This document shows, piece by piece, positions 9,664 through 18,475 of a DNA stretch of 64,000 bases; the stretch's first letter is position 1; each line of letters starts with the position of its first letter. The notes below the pieces were generated by a model. That model saw nothing but the letters and a program-made list of their open reading frames with translations. It was not told the DNA's origin and did not search any database. The position numbers and the translations under genes are program-made. This stretch comes from Candidatus Latescibacterota bacterium (GTDB lineage: Bacteria; Latescibacterota; UBA2968; GCA-2709665): positions 96,001 to 160,000 of the forward strand of contig OZ252100.1 in assembly GCA_965248435.1 (NCBI GenBank), read 5' to 3'.

Positions 9664-10917
9664 ATGGGTATAGGGAATAGGTTCAACCTTTGCGCTTACG
9701 GCATCTTGCCGTGGGTCGCTCTCCTGATCTCGACGACGGAGGCGGAGACCTCCAGTATTTTTTCCTTCAATGGATTGGGGGATGCGGTGCGTCGAGTCGA
9801 TGTGAGGTCCAGAGGGATGGGAGGTGCCGGGCGGGCGCTAACAGACGGTCAAAGTTTCAACTCTGCGAATCCTGCACTGCTTGCTGCCGCTCGTCGCGCA
9901 GCCTTTTCCGGTCGCTTTTTCATGCAGCGCCGAAGTCTGAAAGATGCAGAGGGTAGGTCACACGTGGTTTCCGACGGCGACATTGGTGGGTTTCAGGTGA
10001 CCCTTCCAATTCGGAACGGATCTGTACTGGGATTGGGCTGGGAACCCATCACTGATGTTGACTTCGGCTTGAGCGTAGATTCTCTGAGCACGGGTCCGCT
10101 TCCATATCGGCTCACGGTCGATGCATCGGGCGGGATCCAGGCGCTGTCGTTGGGGCTCGGTCAACGTGTGGGACCGAGAGTTTTTTTTGGGGTCAGGGCG
10201 GACGCCGTTGTACTGGGGACGATCAACGAAACCTGGATCAAAGATTTCGATGATGCCTCAATCTCCTTTTCCAAGGATCGGATCGTTCGAACCCACAAGG
10301 GTCTTCTGTGGGCGTTCGGACTGGCTTGGGCGCCGGCCCGGAAGTGGGCCGTTGGCGTGGCCTTTCAACCGGCAGGGCACATCGAACAGACTCGGTCATT
10401 GAGAAATGTCTTCAGCGACGATCGAGGGGATGTCTACGTCGACGATAAGGAAAATCGCTTTATCGGTGTAGGCCTCTTTGATGTAGAGGACACATCGGAA
10501 ACAGACCTGGACATGCCGGCTATCCTGGGCGGAGGTATTTCCTACTCATCGGGATATAAATGGCTGGTGGCAGTTGACGCCGAGAAGGGTTACTGGTCTG
10601 ATACCGGGAACGACCGTCGAGATACATTCGAGCTTTCCGCCGGTGTGCTCTACCGAACCGGGGCAAGAGACCCATTGGTGAGTGGCACGAGACTGGAGTT
10701 GATGGGCGGGTTTCACCGAAGGTCACTCTATTTCAAGACCGAGGGGCCGTCCATTTCGGAGATCGGCGCAAGCTTGGGGGTGGGCGTTCCCCTCAAGAAT
10801 CGAGGCGGGATGTTCCGTTACGTCATCGAGTTCGGGAAGCGCGGGAATGAACGCGAACACGGTGCGTCGGAGCGATTCATTGCGCAAACCTTCTCATTTT
10901 CCGGATGGCTGAGGTGA
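9664..10917 (+). CDS. Outer-membrane beta-barrel (FadL/PorV-like)
   Basis: RSRGMGGAG...NSANPA hatch motif, alternating beta strands, aromatic C-terminus. Confidence 0.7.
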   Translation: MGIGNRFNLCAYGILPWVALLISTTEAETSSIFSFNGLGDAVRRVDVRSRGMGGAGRALTDGQSFNSANPALLAAARRAAFSGRFFMQRRSLKDAEGRSHVVSDGDIGGFQVTLPIRNGSVLGLGWEPITDVDFGLSVDSLSTGPLPYRLTVDASGGIQALSLGLGQRVGPRVFFGVRADAVVLGTINETWIKDFDDASISFSKDRIVRTHKGLLWAFGLAWAPARKWAVGVAFQPAGHIEQTRSLRNVFSDDRGDVYVDDKENRFIGVGLFDVEDTSETDLDMPAILGGGISYSSGYKWLVAVDAEKGYWSDTGNDRRDTFELSAGVLYRTGARDPLVSGTRLELMGGFHRRSLYFKTEGPSISEIGASLGVGVPLKNRGGMFRYVIEFGKRGNEREHGASERFIAQTFSFSGWLR

Positions 10918-10971
10918 ATCCCTGAGGCTAGGCAGAGTCGGCTCAATCCGCGTCTGAATGACGTGTCTATT

Positions 10972-12198
10972 TCAACCCAAAGCCTCCCGAGGATGCGGTT
11001 TGTCATCTTCGGGAGGTCTTTGTATGGGGCCGATCAGACCACCTCCGCCCAGAATCCGGAACGGCAATGTACACAGGGAAATGCCTGCTCCGCAAACAAG
11101 GACGAACGCGATCTCAAAGGATTGAGCCGGCACGGGGAGTATACCGATGGGAAGCAACGGAATAAAGAGGCCGGCAGACAAAATACCCTGGGGAAGGACC
11201 GTGTGATAGGCCCCCGGAGGGCCTGCCGAAAGGCGGCTTGAAAGGAAGAGGCCGGCGGATTTTCCAAGGCCGACGCATAAGGCAAAGGCAAGGAGAATGG
11301 TGAAAGGTCTCCCGGCAAGCGAGCCCAGATCTGAGGGGATCAGATTAACTGCAAACTCTGCTATGATGAATGGCACAAGCAATTGCGAAAGTCGTCCGAG
11401 GATACGGCTCGCATCAGGGTGTTCACGACGAAGTGAAAGCAGCAGTCCGGAAACTGAGGAGAGCAGCAGGGCTGAAATGCCATAGCGCTTGGAGGCCAGA
11501 AAGACGATCAAGGTTACGGTTCCAAAGAGAAAGAACCTTCCCCAGTCTGTACGGATTCTTCGGAGACAGCGGTTTACAACCTCAACCCCGACGAGCCAGC
11601 TTCCGATCTCAAGAAACAGCTCCAAAGATATCGTATGCACTCGTGTCGACTGTAGGCTCAGCACGATTCCCAAGAACAGCAACCCCAAACCACTCGTGAG
11701 CAGGGAGAAAGACAAGGCCTCAACTTGCTTTGAGAGGGACCTGAGCATAAGAATCGGGGCACCCACAGATGCCAACAGCCCCAATCGAAGTGCATCTTCA
11801 GGCGCAAATCCAAATCCGAAGACGAAAACGAAAAATGAAACGAGAGTCGCTCCCATCACCGTTATGATCGAGGGAACGAGATAGCGGCGATCCGAAATCA
11901 GGGATGGTGTGACAGAGGCCCCCAGGTAGAGTCCGACCCAGACCAGCGCGATTTCCGACAGGATGTGGACAGATTCGATTGCAGTCTCAGAGAACAGACC
12001 CGTTGGTCCCATCAGCAGTCCCGCAAGCAATGCTCCAATGAAGGCGGGGAAGCCACTTCGTTCTGCAAAATCTGCCAAGATCACCGGAAGGATGGCCAGG
12101 ATGCCCACGAAGGAGGCGGGTTCCAAAATAGGAAGCGGCCCCTGTTGGATAAGCCAAACGAGAATGCAGAGGAAAAAGCAAGTAAATATATTGCGCAA
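10972..12198 (-). CDS. Cation/H+ antiporter-like membrane protein (CPA)
   Basis: Multi-TM; PAFIGALLAGLLMGP, VGLGKSAG, VLPQG. Confidence 0.65.
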   Translation of the reverse strand: MRNIFTCFFLCILVWLIQQGPLPILEPASFVGILAILPVILADFAERSGFPAFIGALLAGLLMGPTGLFSETAIESVHILSEIALVWVGLYLGASVTPSLISDRRYLVPSIITVMGATLVSFFVFVFGFGFAPEDALRLGLLASVGAPILMLRSLSKQVEALSFSLLTSGLGLLFLGIVLSLQSTRVHTISLELFLEIGSWLVGVEVVNRCLRRIRTDWGRFFLFGTVTLIVFLASKRYGISALLLSSVSGLLLSLRREHPDASRILGRLSQLLVPFIIAEFAVNLIPSDLGSLAGRPFTILLAFALCVGLGKSAGLFLSSRLSAGPPGAYHTVLPQGILSAGLFIPLLPIGILPVPAQSFEIAFVLVCGAGISLCTLPFRILGGGGLIGPIQRPPEDDKPHPREALG

Positions 12199-12209
12199 GG
12201 TTCGTTCGC

Positions 12210-13430
12210 CTATGAGGATGAACGATGATTTCGGGAGGCCTGAAAGTTTCCCCTGGTCACAAAGACGGGCAGTGCCTGGGTCAGAAAAATGGTGATGAGG
12301 GCCCCCGAAATCAGGGCATGGTTCGTGAAGTCAATCCCGACATAGAGGCCCTGGATCAAAACAGCCGCCGAAAGGGCCCCAAGAGGGCGCCACGCCATCG
12401 CGGTGAGGTCTGTCCACGGCCGGTTCATAGGAGAGATGTATCTGCCCATCAGGAGGCAAAGCGTTTTGATTGATCCTCTAAGCATGAAAAACAGGATTGC
12501 GAAAATCACGGTCTCCTGGAACGGAAAGGTCGGACTCACTACGTGTTGAGCGAGCAGGCTGCCAAGGAGACCGAAAAAGATCGGTTCCACCGCTGCGCCG
12601 ACGGATTCAGAGAGTTCCAGAATGTTTCGCCTTTGAACGCTCGTGTTGATCAACCATGCTCCACCCACGAACCCGATGACCAGGCCCGGTATCTGGAGCT
12701 GAAGCGAGGGCCCTCCCACCACAGCTATCACACCTAGACACAGGTACGCGCATTTCAGGGCCTCTTTGTGAACGTGAAAGACGAAATCGAGTACGATGCC
12801 TAGCAGAAAACCCAGGACCACAAGGAGTGTGAAAATACTCGTGTAACCGATAAAGGAAATCGGGCCCAGTTGTATAACCGCTTCTTCGCCTATGAATGGA
12901 AATATGAAAGCGAAGAGGATCAGGCACGCGGGATTGACGAGGCGTGCGTGCCCCGCAAACGCCTTCCTCCCCCGATAGAAAACCAGCTCAGGGATCCTGA
13001 GACTCGTGGCAAAAGTGCCGAGAACCAAAGCGACCATCTGGATGTTCCCGCCCAATCCAAGATGGGAAATAAGCAGAGGTTCCGCAGCCAAAACCGAAAT
13101 CGCCACGATAAGCAAAGATGCAAGCGTTTGAACGAACTGTGATATCGTGTCGCTGCCGGGATATCTTCGGATTCTTCGGATCTCAAAATCTAAACCGGTT
13201 TGAAACCCAAACCAGACCAAACCCACCCCGACAAGCGTGTATCGCAATCCTTCAATTAATGCAGAAAGGTGTTCGTCGCTCTGGAGTGAAACGCTCAGAA
13301 ACAGGCCGAACAGAAAATAGTGAAACCGTCCATCTCTAAGACTGTCTAAGAACACTGGAAGATTCGCGCGCTTATAAACTTTCATTCCAACCGAGAAGGT
13401 CAGGAATGTGAGAAAGAGTGCGAGCGACAT
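12210..13430 (-). CDS. Cation/H+ antiporter-like membrane protein (CPA)
   Basis: Multi-TM; GLVWFGFQTGLDFE, VEPIFFGLLG, RPLGALS. Confidence 0.65.
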   Translation of the reverse strand: MSLALFLTFLTFSVGMKVYKRANLPVFLDSLRDGRFHYFLFGLFLSVSLQSDEHLSALIEGLRYTLVGVGLVWFGFQTGLDFEIRRIRRYPGSDTISQFVQTLASLLIVAISVLAAEPLLISHLGLGGNIQMVALVLGTFATSLRIPELVFYRGRKAFAGHARLVNPACLILFAFIFPFIGEEAVIQLGPISFIGYTSIFTLLVVLGFLLGIVLDFVFHVHKEALKCAYLCLGVIAVVGGPSLQLQIPGLVIGFVGGAWLINTSVQRRNILELSESVGAAVEPIFFGLLGSLLAQHVVSPTFPFQETVIFAILFFMLRGSIKTLCLLMGRYISPMNRPWTDLTAMAWRPLGALSAAVLIQGLYVGIDFTNHALISGALITIFLTQALPVFVTRGNFQASRNHRSSS

Positions 13431-13525
13431 CGTTCCACCTCAGTCGATTGCAAAAGGAGGTGGGTGTGTCCCGCCTCCTTGTTGGTTCGTAAGCCGAATG
13501 ACCAGCGCGTGATTTGATACAAGCC
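13431..13525 (-). ncRNA. Candidate cis-regulatory (riboswitch-like) 5' leader
   Basis: Lies between a near-consensus promoter and the antiporter ATG; nested stem, overlapping GC hairpin with U4, and a 7-nt anti-SD (see findings). Confidence 0.55.
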
Positions 13526-13530
13526 GGGTG

Positions 13531-13559
13531 AGTATACTTTTTTGAGAACTGTAAGTCAA
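13531..13559 (-). promoter_or_regulatory. sigma70 promoter of the antiporter operon
   Basis: Minus strand TTGACT(13559-13554)-N17-TATACT(13536-13531). Confidence 0.8.
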
Positions 13560-13589
13560 GCACAAGTCGTTTGCGGGGAGTGGGTTTGC

Positions 13590-13618
13590 TTGACAGGCGA
13601 TGAGTTTTGGCATATATT
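13590..13618 (+). promoter_or_regulatory. sigma70 promoter of the rsbW-hpf-hprK operon
   Basis: TTGACA-N17-TATATT. Confidence 0.75.
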
Positions 13619-13659
13619 CAATTCTCCGAAAAAACGCTGTAAACAAAAGGTTTATCGCG

Positions 13660-13833
13660 ATGGAAAAGCGAGAGTTCATCGGAGTTCTGTTTCAGTGCTG
13701 CAACGTCTACAGCAGAGCCTACGTTAACAAAGAGACATCTGCATATGTGGCGAGATGTCCGAGATGTTCTCACCCGATCCAGATTACCATTTCTCCTAAG
13801 GGGTCTTCTAGTCGGTTTTTTTCGGCTGGCTAG
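13660..13833 (+). CDS. Small zinc-ribbon-like protein (57 aa)
   Basis: FQCCNVYSR...RCPRC; first ATG downstream of the promoter. Confidence 0.7.
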   Translation: MEKREFIGVLFQCCNVYSRAYVNKETSAYVARCPRCSHPIQITISPKGSSSRFFSAG

Positions 13834-13850
13834 TTCTCGGGAGTCGATTA

Positions 13851-14276
13851 ATGGAGCAACGTCAGAAGGATGTCCTCGAGCTAAGCATCAAGAGCTCCTA
13901 CAACGACCTCGAAAAGGTGGCCAATCTCATCCAAAGAGCAGCGAGAGATGCTCATATTTCCGAAGATACCGAAGAGGATCTCACGATCTCTGTTTTGGAG
14001 GCCGTCAACAATGCGATCCAGCACGGAAATCGGGAAGACAAGAGCAAGCAAGTACATATTCGGGTCGAAACGACATCGGGGGAGATTACCGTGTCGATTC
14101 AGGATGAAGGGGAAGGATTTGATCTGAAATCCGTTCCTGATCCCAGAAGTGGAGAGAATCTACTTAACACATCCGGGCGGGGTATCCTGATAATGAAGGA
14201 ATTTATGGACCAGGTAACATTCTGTGTTGAGAAGAAGGGAACATTGGTGGAAATGACCAAACGGTTTGCGGCATAA
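13851..14276 (+). CDS. RsbW-like anti-sigma factor / Ser kinase
   Basis: EAVNNAIQHGN, DEGEGFD, SGRGI..M..FMD. Confidence 0.9.
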   Translation: MEQRQKDVLELSIKSSYNDLEKVANLIQRAARDAHISEDTEEDLTISVLEAVNNAIQHGNREDKSKQVHIRVETTSGEITVSIQDEGEGFDLKSVPDPRSGENLLNTSGRGILIMKEFMDQVTFCVEKKGTLVEMTKRFAA

Positions 14277-14291
14277 CAATTAGGGAGACAG

Positions 14292-14603
14292 ATGCAAGTT
14301 TCCATCGCGGGGCACCAGTTTGAGCTGTCGGATCGATTGAAAGTCTACATCGAAGAAGAGCTGACAAAGCTCGAGCGATTCTACACACCGCTTCTGGATT
14401 GTCAAGTTACGCTGAGCCAGGAGGGTAGAACGCGAAGGGCCAACGTCGTTGTTCATGTCCACGCACAGGTTCTGAAGGCTTCGCACGAAGCAGACAAAGT
14501 TTACGTTGCGGTGGATGGCGCTATGGACAAGATGGGCAATCAGCTAAAGAGGCTCCGCGACAAACGCCGGCACCATCGCGGTGGGCCTGAAAAAAGTTCA
14601 TAA
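14292..14603 (+). CDS. hpf: Ribosome hibernation promoting factor (short HPF/RaiA)
   Basis: YIEEELTKLERF, YVAVDGAMDKMGNQLKR. Confidence 0.88.
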   Translation: MQVSIAGHQFELSDRLKVYIEEELTKLERFYTPLLDCQVTLSQEGRTRRANVVVHVHAQVLKASHEADKVYVAVDGAMDKMGNQLKRLRDKRRHHRGGPEKSS

Positions 14604-14630
14604 AGAAAATTTGCACTGGAGATTCTAGGT

Positions 14631-15560
14631 TTGCGGTCTATTTGTGTGGGAGAAGTCCTCGAGCGGTACGGTGAAAGGCTTGCGTTGCGAGCCGTATCTG
14701 GTTTGAAGGGACTTAAAAACAATCTGACGTCGAGTGATCTGCATCGGCCAGGTCTGGTCCTATCAGGGTTTGTCGGCCTTTTTACGTTTGACCAGGTCCA
14801 ACTACTCGGCAATACCGAGATGCTTTATCTTGTTGGACTTTCCCCGGACAAGCAAAGATTGGTCCTCGAAACGGTCTACCAGTTTGACATCCCGTGCATT
14901 ATCGTTACCGATGACAATGAAGTTCCTCAGTTGATGAAGGAGTTTTCCGATTCACGCGACATCCCACTCTTAGTGACATCCTTCTCCACAACCAAGTTTT
15001 CGCATTTGTTATCCTATTTCCTGGATGACGTGTTCGCCCCAGAAACCAGTATACACGGGACTCTTGTCGATGTTTATGGCATAGGGCTCCTTTTTGTGGG
15101 ACGCAGCGGAATCGGCAAAAGCGAAATTGCGTTGGATCTGGTCGAACGGGGTCATACACTCGTAGCGGATGATGTTGTAATCGTTTCAAGAAAGCTGCAA
15201 GGGGTCCTCGCGGGGACGAGCGACGATGCGCTTCGGGATCATATGGAGATTCGTGGACTGGGTATTTTGAACGTCCAGCACATGTTCGGAGTGAATGCTG
15301 CACGAATCCAAAAGCGAATAGAGGTTGTCGTCCAACTCGTTGAATGGGAAGACTCTGGCTCCTACGATCGAGTGGGACTTGAAGAGGATTGGGTATCGAT
15401 CCTGGATGTTGAAATTTCCAGGGTCACGGTCCCGATCTATCCAGGAAAGAATATCACGGTGATCGCCGAGGCGATCGCGTTAAATTATCAGTTGAAACTT
15501 CAGGGTTGCCAAACCGCTAAGGAGTTTAACAGGAAGCTTCTCAGAAGGATGCGAAAGTAA
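14631..15560 (+). CDS. hprK: HPr kinase/phosphorylase
   Basis: HGTLVDVYGIG, GRSGIGKSEIALDLVERGH.LVADD, MEIRGLGI. Confidence 0.95.
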   Translation: MRSICVGEVLERYGERLALRAVSGLKGLKNNLTSSDLHRPGLVLSGFVGLFTFDQVQLLGNTEMLYLVGLSPDKQRLVLETVYQFDIPCIIVTDDNEVPQLMKEFSDSRDIPLLVTSFSTTKFSHLLSYFLDDVFAPETSIHGTLVDVYGIGLLFVGRSGIGKSEIALDLVERGHTLVADDVVIVSRKLQGVLAGTSDDALRDHMEIRGLGILNVQHMFGVNAARIQKRIEVVVQLVEWEDSGSYDRVGLEEDWVSILDVEISRVTVPIYPGKNITVIAEAIALNYQLKLQGCQTAKEFNRKLLRRMRK

Positions 15561-15602
15561 GTGGACTCGGGGAAGGCAATTCGAACAGATTTGGAGTGAG
15601 CC

Positions 15603-16526
15603 ATGCGTTTGAGATACATGCATCTCTATTTCGGAATACTGCTCGTGCTTGTTGGCTGCCAGGGCCGGATGGCGACTCAGCAGCAGGAGGCAGCGCGGCA
15701 GGTTTTAGCCGCACGGGATTTTGAGGAGGACTTTGCGGATCTTCCGAGGGCAATCGAGCGTTACGCCGAGATCGCACAAAAGTATCCAGATGTTGATGGG
15801 GGAATCCGTGCATTGGATCGGCATCGAAAGCTAAAAAATGTGCTTCAAATCTTAACCGAGATAGACTCGAAGTCAAAAGACGATCAGTTTGTCGCCTATG
15901 CGAGAATTTGCACCCTCGTTCCGGACTATGGTCCGGCGCTTAGAAAGCTGGGCACGTTGAACTTCAATAAGACGTATATCCACTCTCGAGCAGCTGCGAA
16001 ATTGAAACACGAAGCAACCGCCGAAGAGGTGCTCAGAGTGTGGAGCCAACAGGACAGCCTTTGGTCGGGATATGAGTTTCGTGCGACGGCCTTGGACCGC
16101 GAGTGGAGGGATAGACTTTGCAGTCAGGCTCTGGAAGTCGCTCGTATGCTTGAAGCGTTCAGGCGATATGACGAAGCCCTCGAGATTGTCGACCGCGGCT
16201 TGGACTATGCGGTCAACGAAGATGTCAAAGCGCACGCGAAGGTCTTCGCTGCGTTTTACACGTTTCGCAAGGCACGTTTTAATGAGTCGATCGTATTGGC
16301 TGAAGAGGGCCTGAGCTATGAATTTCTGTCGAAAGAGGACAAATCTCGGGCCTACCATACAATCGGACTGTGCTATACCTATATTCACGAGGACACCGGC
16401 CAGTTGTCTGACCTGGACGCGGGCATCAAGGCCTTGAATGAAGCCGTGATCATCGATCCATCGAATGCAGAGGCCAAGCGCATGCTTAAGGCCCTTCGAA
16501 TTCAGCGGGAACGGCTCTACCTTTAG
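15603..16526 (+). CDS. TPR-repeat lipoprotein
   Basis: Lipobox LVGC; TPR-like helices (AYHTIGLCY, A..IDPSNAEA). Confidence 0.7.
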   Translation: MRLRYMHLYFGILLVLVGCQGRMATQQQEAARQVLAARDFEEDFADLPRAIERYAEIAQKYPDVDGGIRALDRHRKLKNVLQILTEIDSKSKDDQFVAYARICTLVPDYGPALRKLGTLNFNKTYIHSRAAAKLKHEATAEEVLRVWSQQDSLWSGYEFRATALDREWRDRLCSQALEVARMLEAFRRYDEALEIVDRGLDYAVNEDVKAHAKVFAAFYTFRKARFNESIVLAEEGLSYEFLSKEDKSRAYHTIGLCYTYIHEDTGQLSDLDAGIKALNEAVIIDPSNAEAKRMLKALRIQRERLYL

Positions 16527-16531
16527 GGCAA

Positions 16532-17080
16532 ATGACTACCATGTCCCAGGCAGAGGTCCCCAACGTCCTTGTTATCGACGACGACTACCTTTTCCTGGAA
16601 ATCGTAGAGTTTCACCTCACTCGTGCCGGTAATCACGTCGAAGTCACCGCAGATCCAAGAGAGGGGCTGAATCGTGCGATTGAATCCAGGTTCGACCTCA
16701 TCCTGCTCGACATCATGATGCCGGGCATGAATGGGGATGAACTGCTCAGTCTTATCAAGCCTCTTAATCTTCAGCATCGAGTCGTGGTGGTAAGTGCGTT
16801 GAGCACAGATGCGAGCAGAGCACGAACAAGGGATCTTGGCGCCGCGGCCTATATACAGAAACCGGTTGATCCGGACGGGCTCTGCCGCGTCGTAGATCAG
16901 TTGACCCGAACGAGGGCCACCGGTTCGAATTCAAAGACGGAACGCCCTTCCGGCCGGATCCTGGATGGTTTGACGATGTGGGTTTTCGAAAATCAAGAGA
17001 TTACCTCTGCCATGCGCTATGCCGCGGTTTTGATAGCCGGCGGACTGCTTGGAGTCTTGACTTGGGTGATCCTGGCCTGA
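16532..17080 (+). CDS. Receiver-domain protein with C-terminal TM helix
   Basis: LVIDDD, LLDIMMPGMNG, YIQKP; hydrophobic tail AAVLIAGGLLGVLTWVILA. Confidence 0.85.
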   Translation: MTTMSQAEVPNVLVIDDDYLFLEIVEFHLTRAGNHVEVTADPREGLNRAIESRFDLILLDIMMPGMNGDELLSLIKPLNLQHRVVVVSALSTDASRARTRDLGAAAYIQKPVDPDGLCRVVDQLTRTRATGSNSKTERPSGRILDGLTMWVFENQEITSAMRYAAVLIAGGLLGVLTWVILA

Positions 17081-17110
17081 GGGTGTCAGCTCGTGGCCGT
17101 TGGGCGTGGG

Positions 17111-17149
17111 ACAGGGCCGGATGGCTTGGACATCCGGCCCTGTGATTTT
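17111..17149 (+). terminator. Hairpin / probable terminator
   Basis: ACAGGGCCGGATG-N7-CATCCGGCCCTGT then GATTTT. Confidence 0.55.
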
Positions 17150-17163
17150 CTGTGGGATTTTGA

Positions 17164-18471
17164 ATGAGATCGATCGTCTGCAAATTTGGCGGCACTTCGT
17201 TGGCCGATTCGGAGCAAATCAGGAAAGTGAAGGAGATTGTCGAATCTGACAGCCGTCGAAGATTCCTCGTGCCCTCCGCGCCCGGCAAGCGCAGCTTGGA
17301 GGACACGAAGGTTACGGATCTACTCTACCGCTGCCACGAGCTTGTCGGGCAAAAGCTCGATGTTTCTGAACTCATTGGACAAATCGGGGCGCGCTACCAA
17401 AGGATCGTGGAGGATCTGGAACTGGGTTTGGATATCGATGGTTTGCTGGCTCAGCTCCGTGATGAGATCCAGGAGGGTGCGAGTCGGGACTACGTCTCCT
17501 CGAGGGGTGAATATCTTTGTGGCCATATCCTGGCTGAGCTCCTAGACGCAGTCTTTGTAGATCCGGCAGAGGCAGTACGATTCAAGCCCGACGGAAACCT
17601 GGACCCGATCAGCTACGACCTTTTGAACGCGAGACTCCAAGGGGAGGGGACTTACATCATTCCGGGGTTCTACGGCTCAGATTCAGAGGGTGACATCAAG
17701 ACCTTTTCGAGAGGAGGGTCGGACATAACGGGGGCCGTCGTTGCGCGCGCGGTCGACGCCGAGATCTACGAGAATTGGACAGACGTATCCGGGTTCCTAA
17801 CCGCCGACCCACGGGTTGTGCCCGACGCGAAGACGGTTCGCGAGATCACATACAGGGAGATCCGGGAACTTTCTTACATGGGGGCAACCGTCATCCACGA
17901 TGAAGCGATGTTTCCAGTCCGCGAGGCCGAAATCCCGATTCATGTTCGAAATACGAACAAACCGGAGGATCCCGGCACGCGCATTTTGCCAAGGCGTGAG
18001 CTGACGAATGATCTTGCAGTGGGAATTGCGGGACGCCCGAACTTTACGATGCTTTTCATCGAAAAGGCCTTCATGAACCAGGAAAAAGGATTTGGCATGA
18101 GGCTTCTCGAAGTCGTGGCGTCTCACAACATAAGCTACGATCACACGCCCTCGGGCATCGATACGATGTCGATCATCATACGGGATGAAGAGCTTGATGG
18201 GAAGGGGGAGGCGCTTCTGGAGGATATTCGCCGCGTCACAAAACCGGACAGAATAGAATTAATCACGGGCCTGGCCCTCATTGCCACAGTGGGAGAGGGT
18301 TTGTCTCATCGCGTGGGCGTCGCGGCGAAACTCTTCGGCGCGCTCGCAGACGAAGGCATCAACGTCCGCATCATCGATCAGGGAGCGTCCGAGATCAACA
18401 TTATTGTCGGTGTGGAAGAATTAGACTACATAAATGCCGTTCGCGCGATTCACACCGCTTTCGTGGGATAG
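17164..18471 (+). CDS. lysC: Aspartate kinase
   Basis: KFGGTSLA, TFSRGGSDITG, WTDVSG, C-terminal ACT domains. Confidence 0.93.
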   Translation: MRSIVCKFGGTSLADSEQIRKVKEIVESDSRRRFLVPSAPGKRSLEDTKVTDLLYRCHELVGQKLDVSELIGQIGARYQRIVEDLELGLDIDGLLAQLRDEIQEGASRDYVSSRGEYLCGHILAELLDAVFVDPAEAVRFKPDGNLDPISYDLLNARLQGEGTYIIPGFYGSDSEGDIKTFSRGGSDITGAVVARAVDAEIYENWTDVSGFLTADPRVVPDAKTVREITYREIRELSYMGATVIHDEAMFPVREAEIPIHVRNTNKPEDPGTRILPRRELTNDLAVGIAGRPNFTMLFIEKAFMNQEKGFGMRLLEVVASHNISYDHTPSGIDTMSIIIRDEELDGKGEALLEDIRRVTKPDRIELITGLALIATVGEGLSHRVGVAAKLFGALADEGINVRIIDQGASEINIIVGVEELDYINAVRAIHTAFVG

Positions 18472-18475
18472 TCCT

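Noticed and set aside
13440-13679. ORF ending ...SNHALVIRLTNQQGGGTHPPPFAID as a polyproline leader peptide; its stop overlaps the antiporter SD
   Set aside because: No start codon in this frame downstream of the predicted promoter. Kept only as an alternative if an upstream promoter exists.
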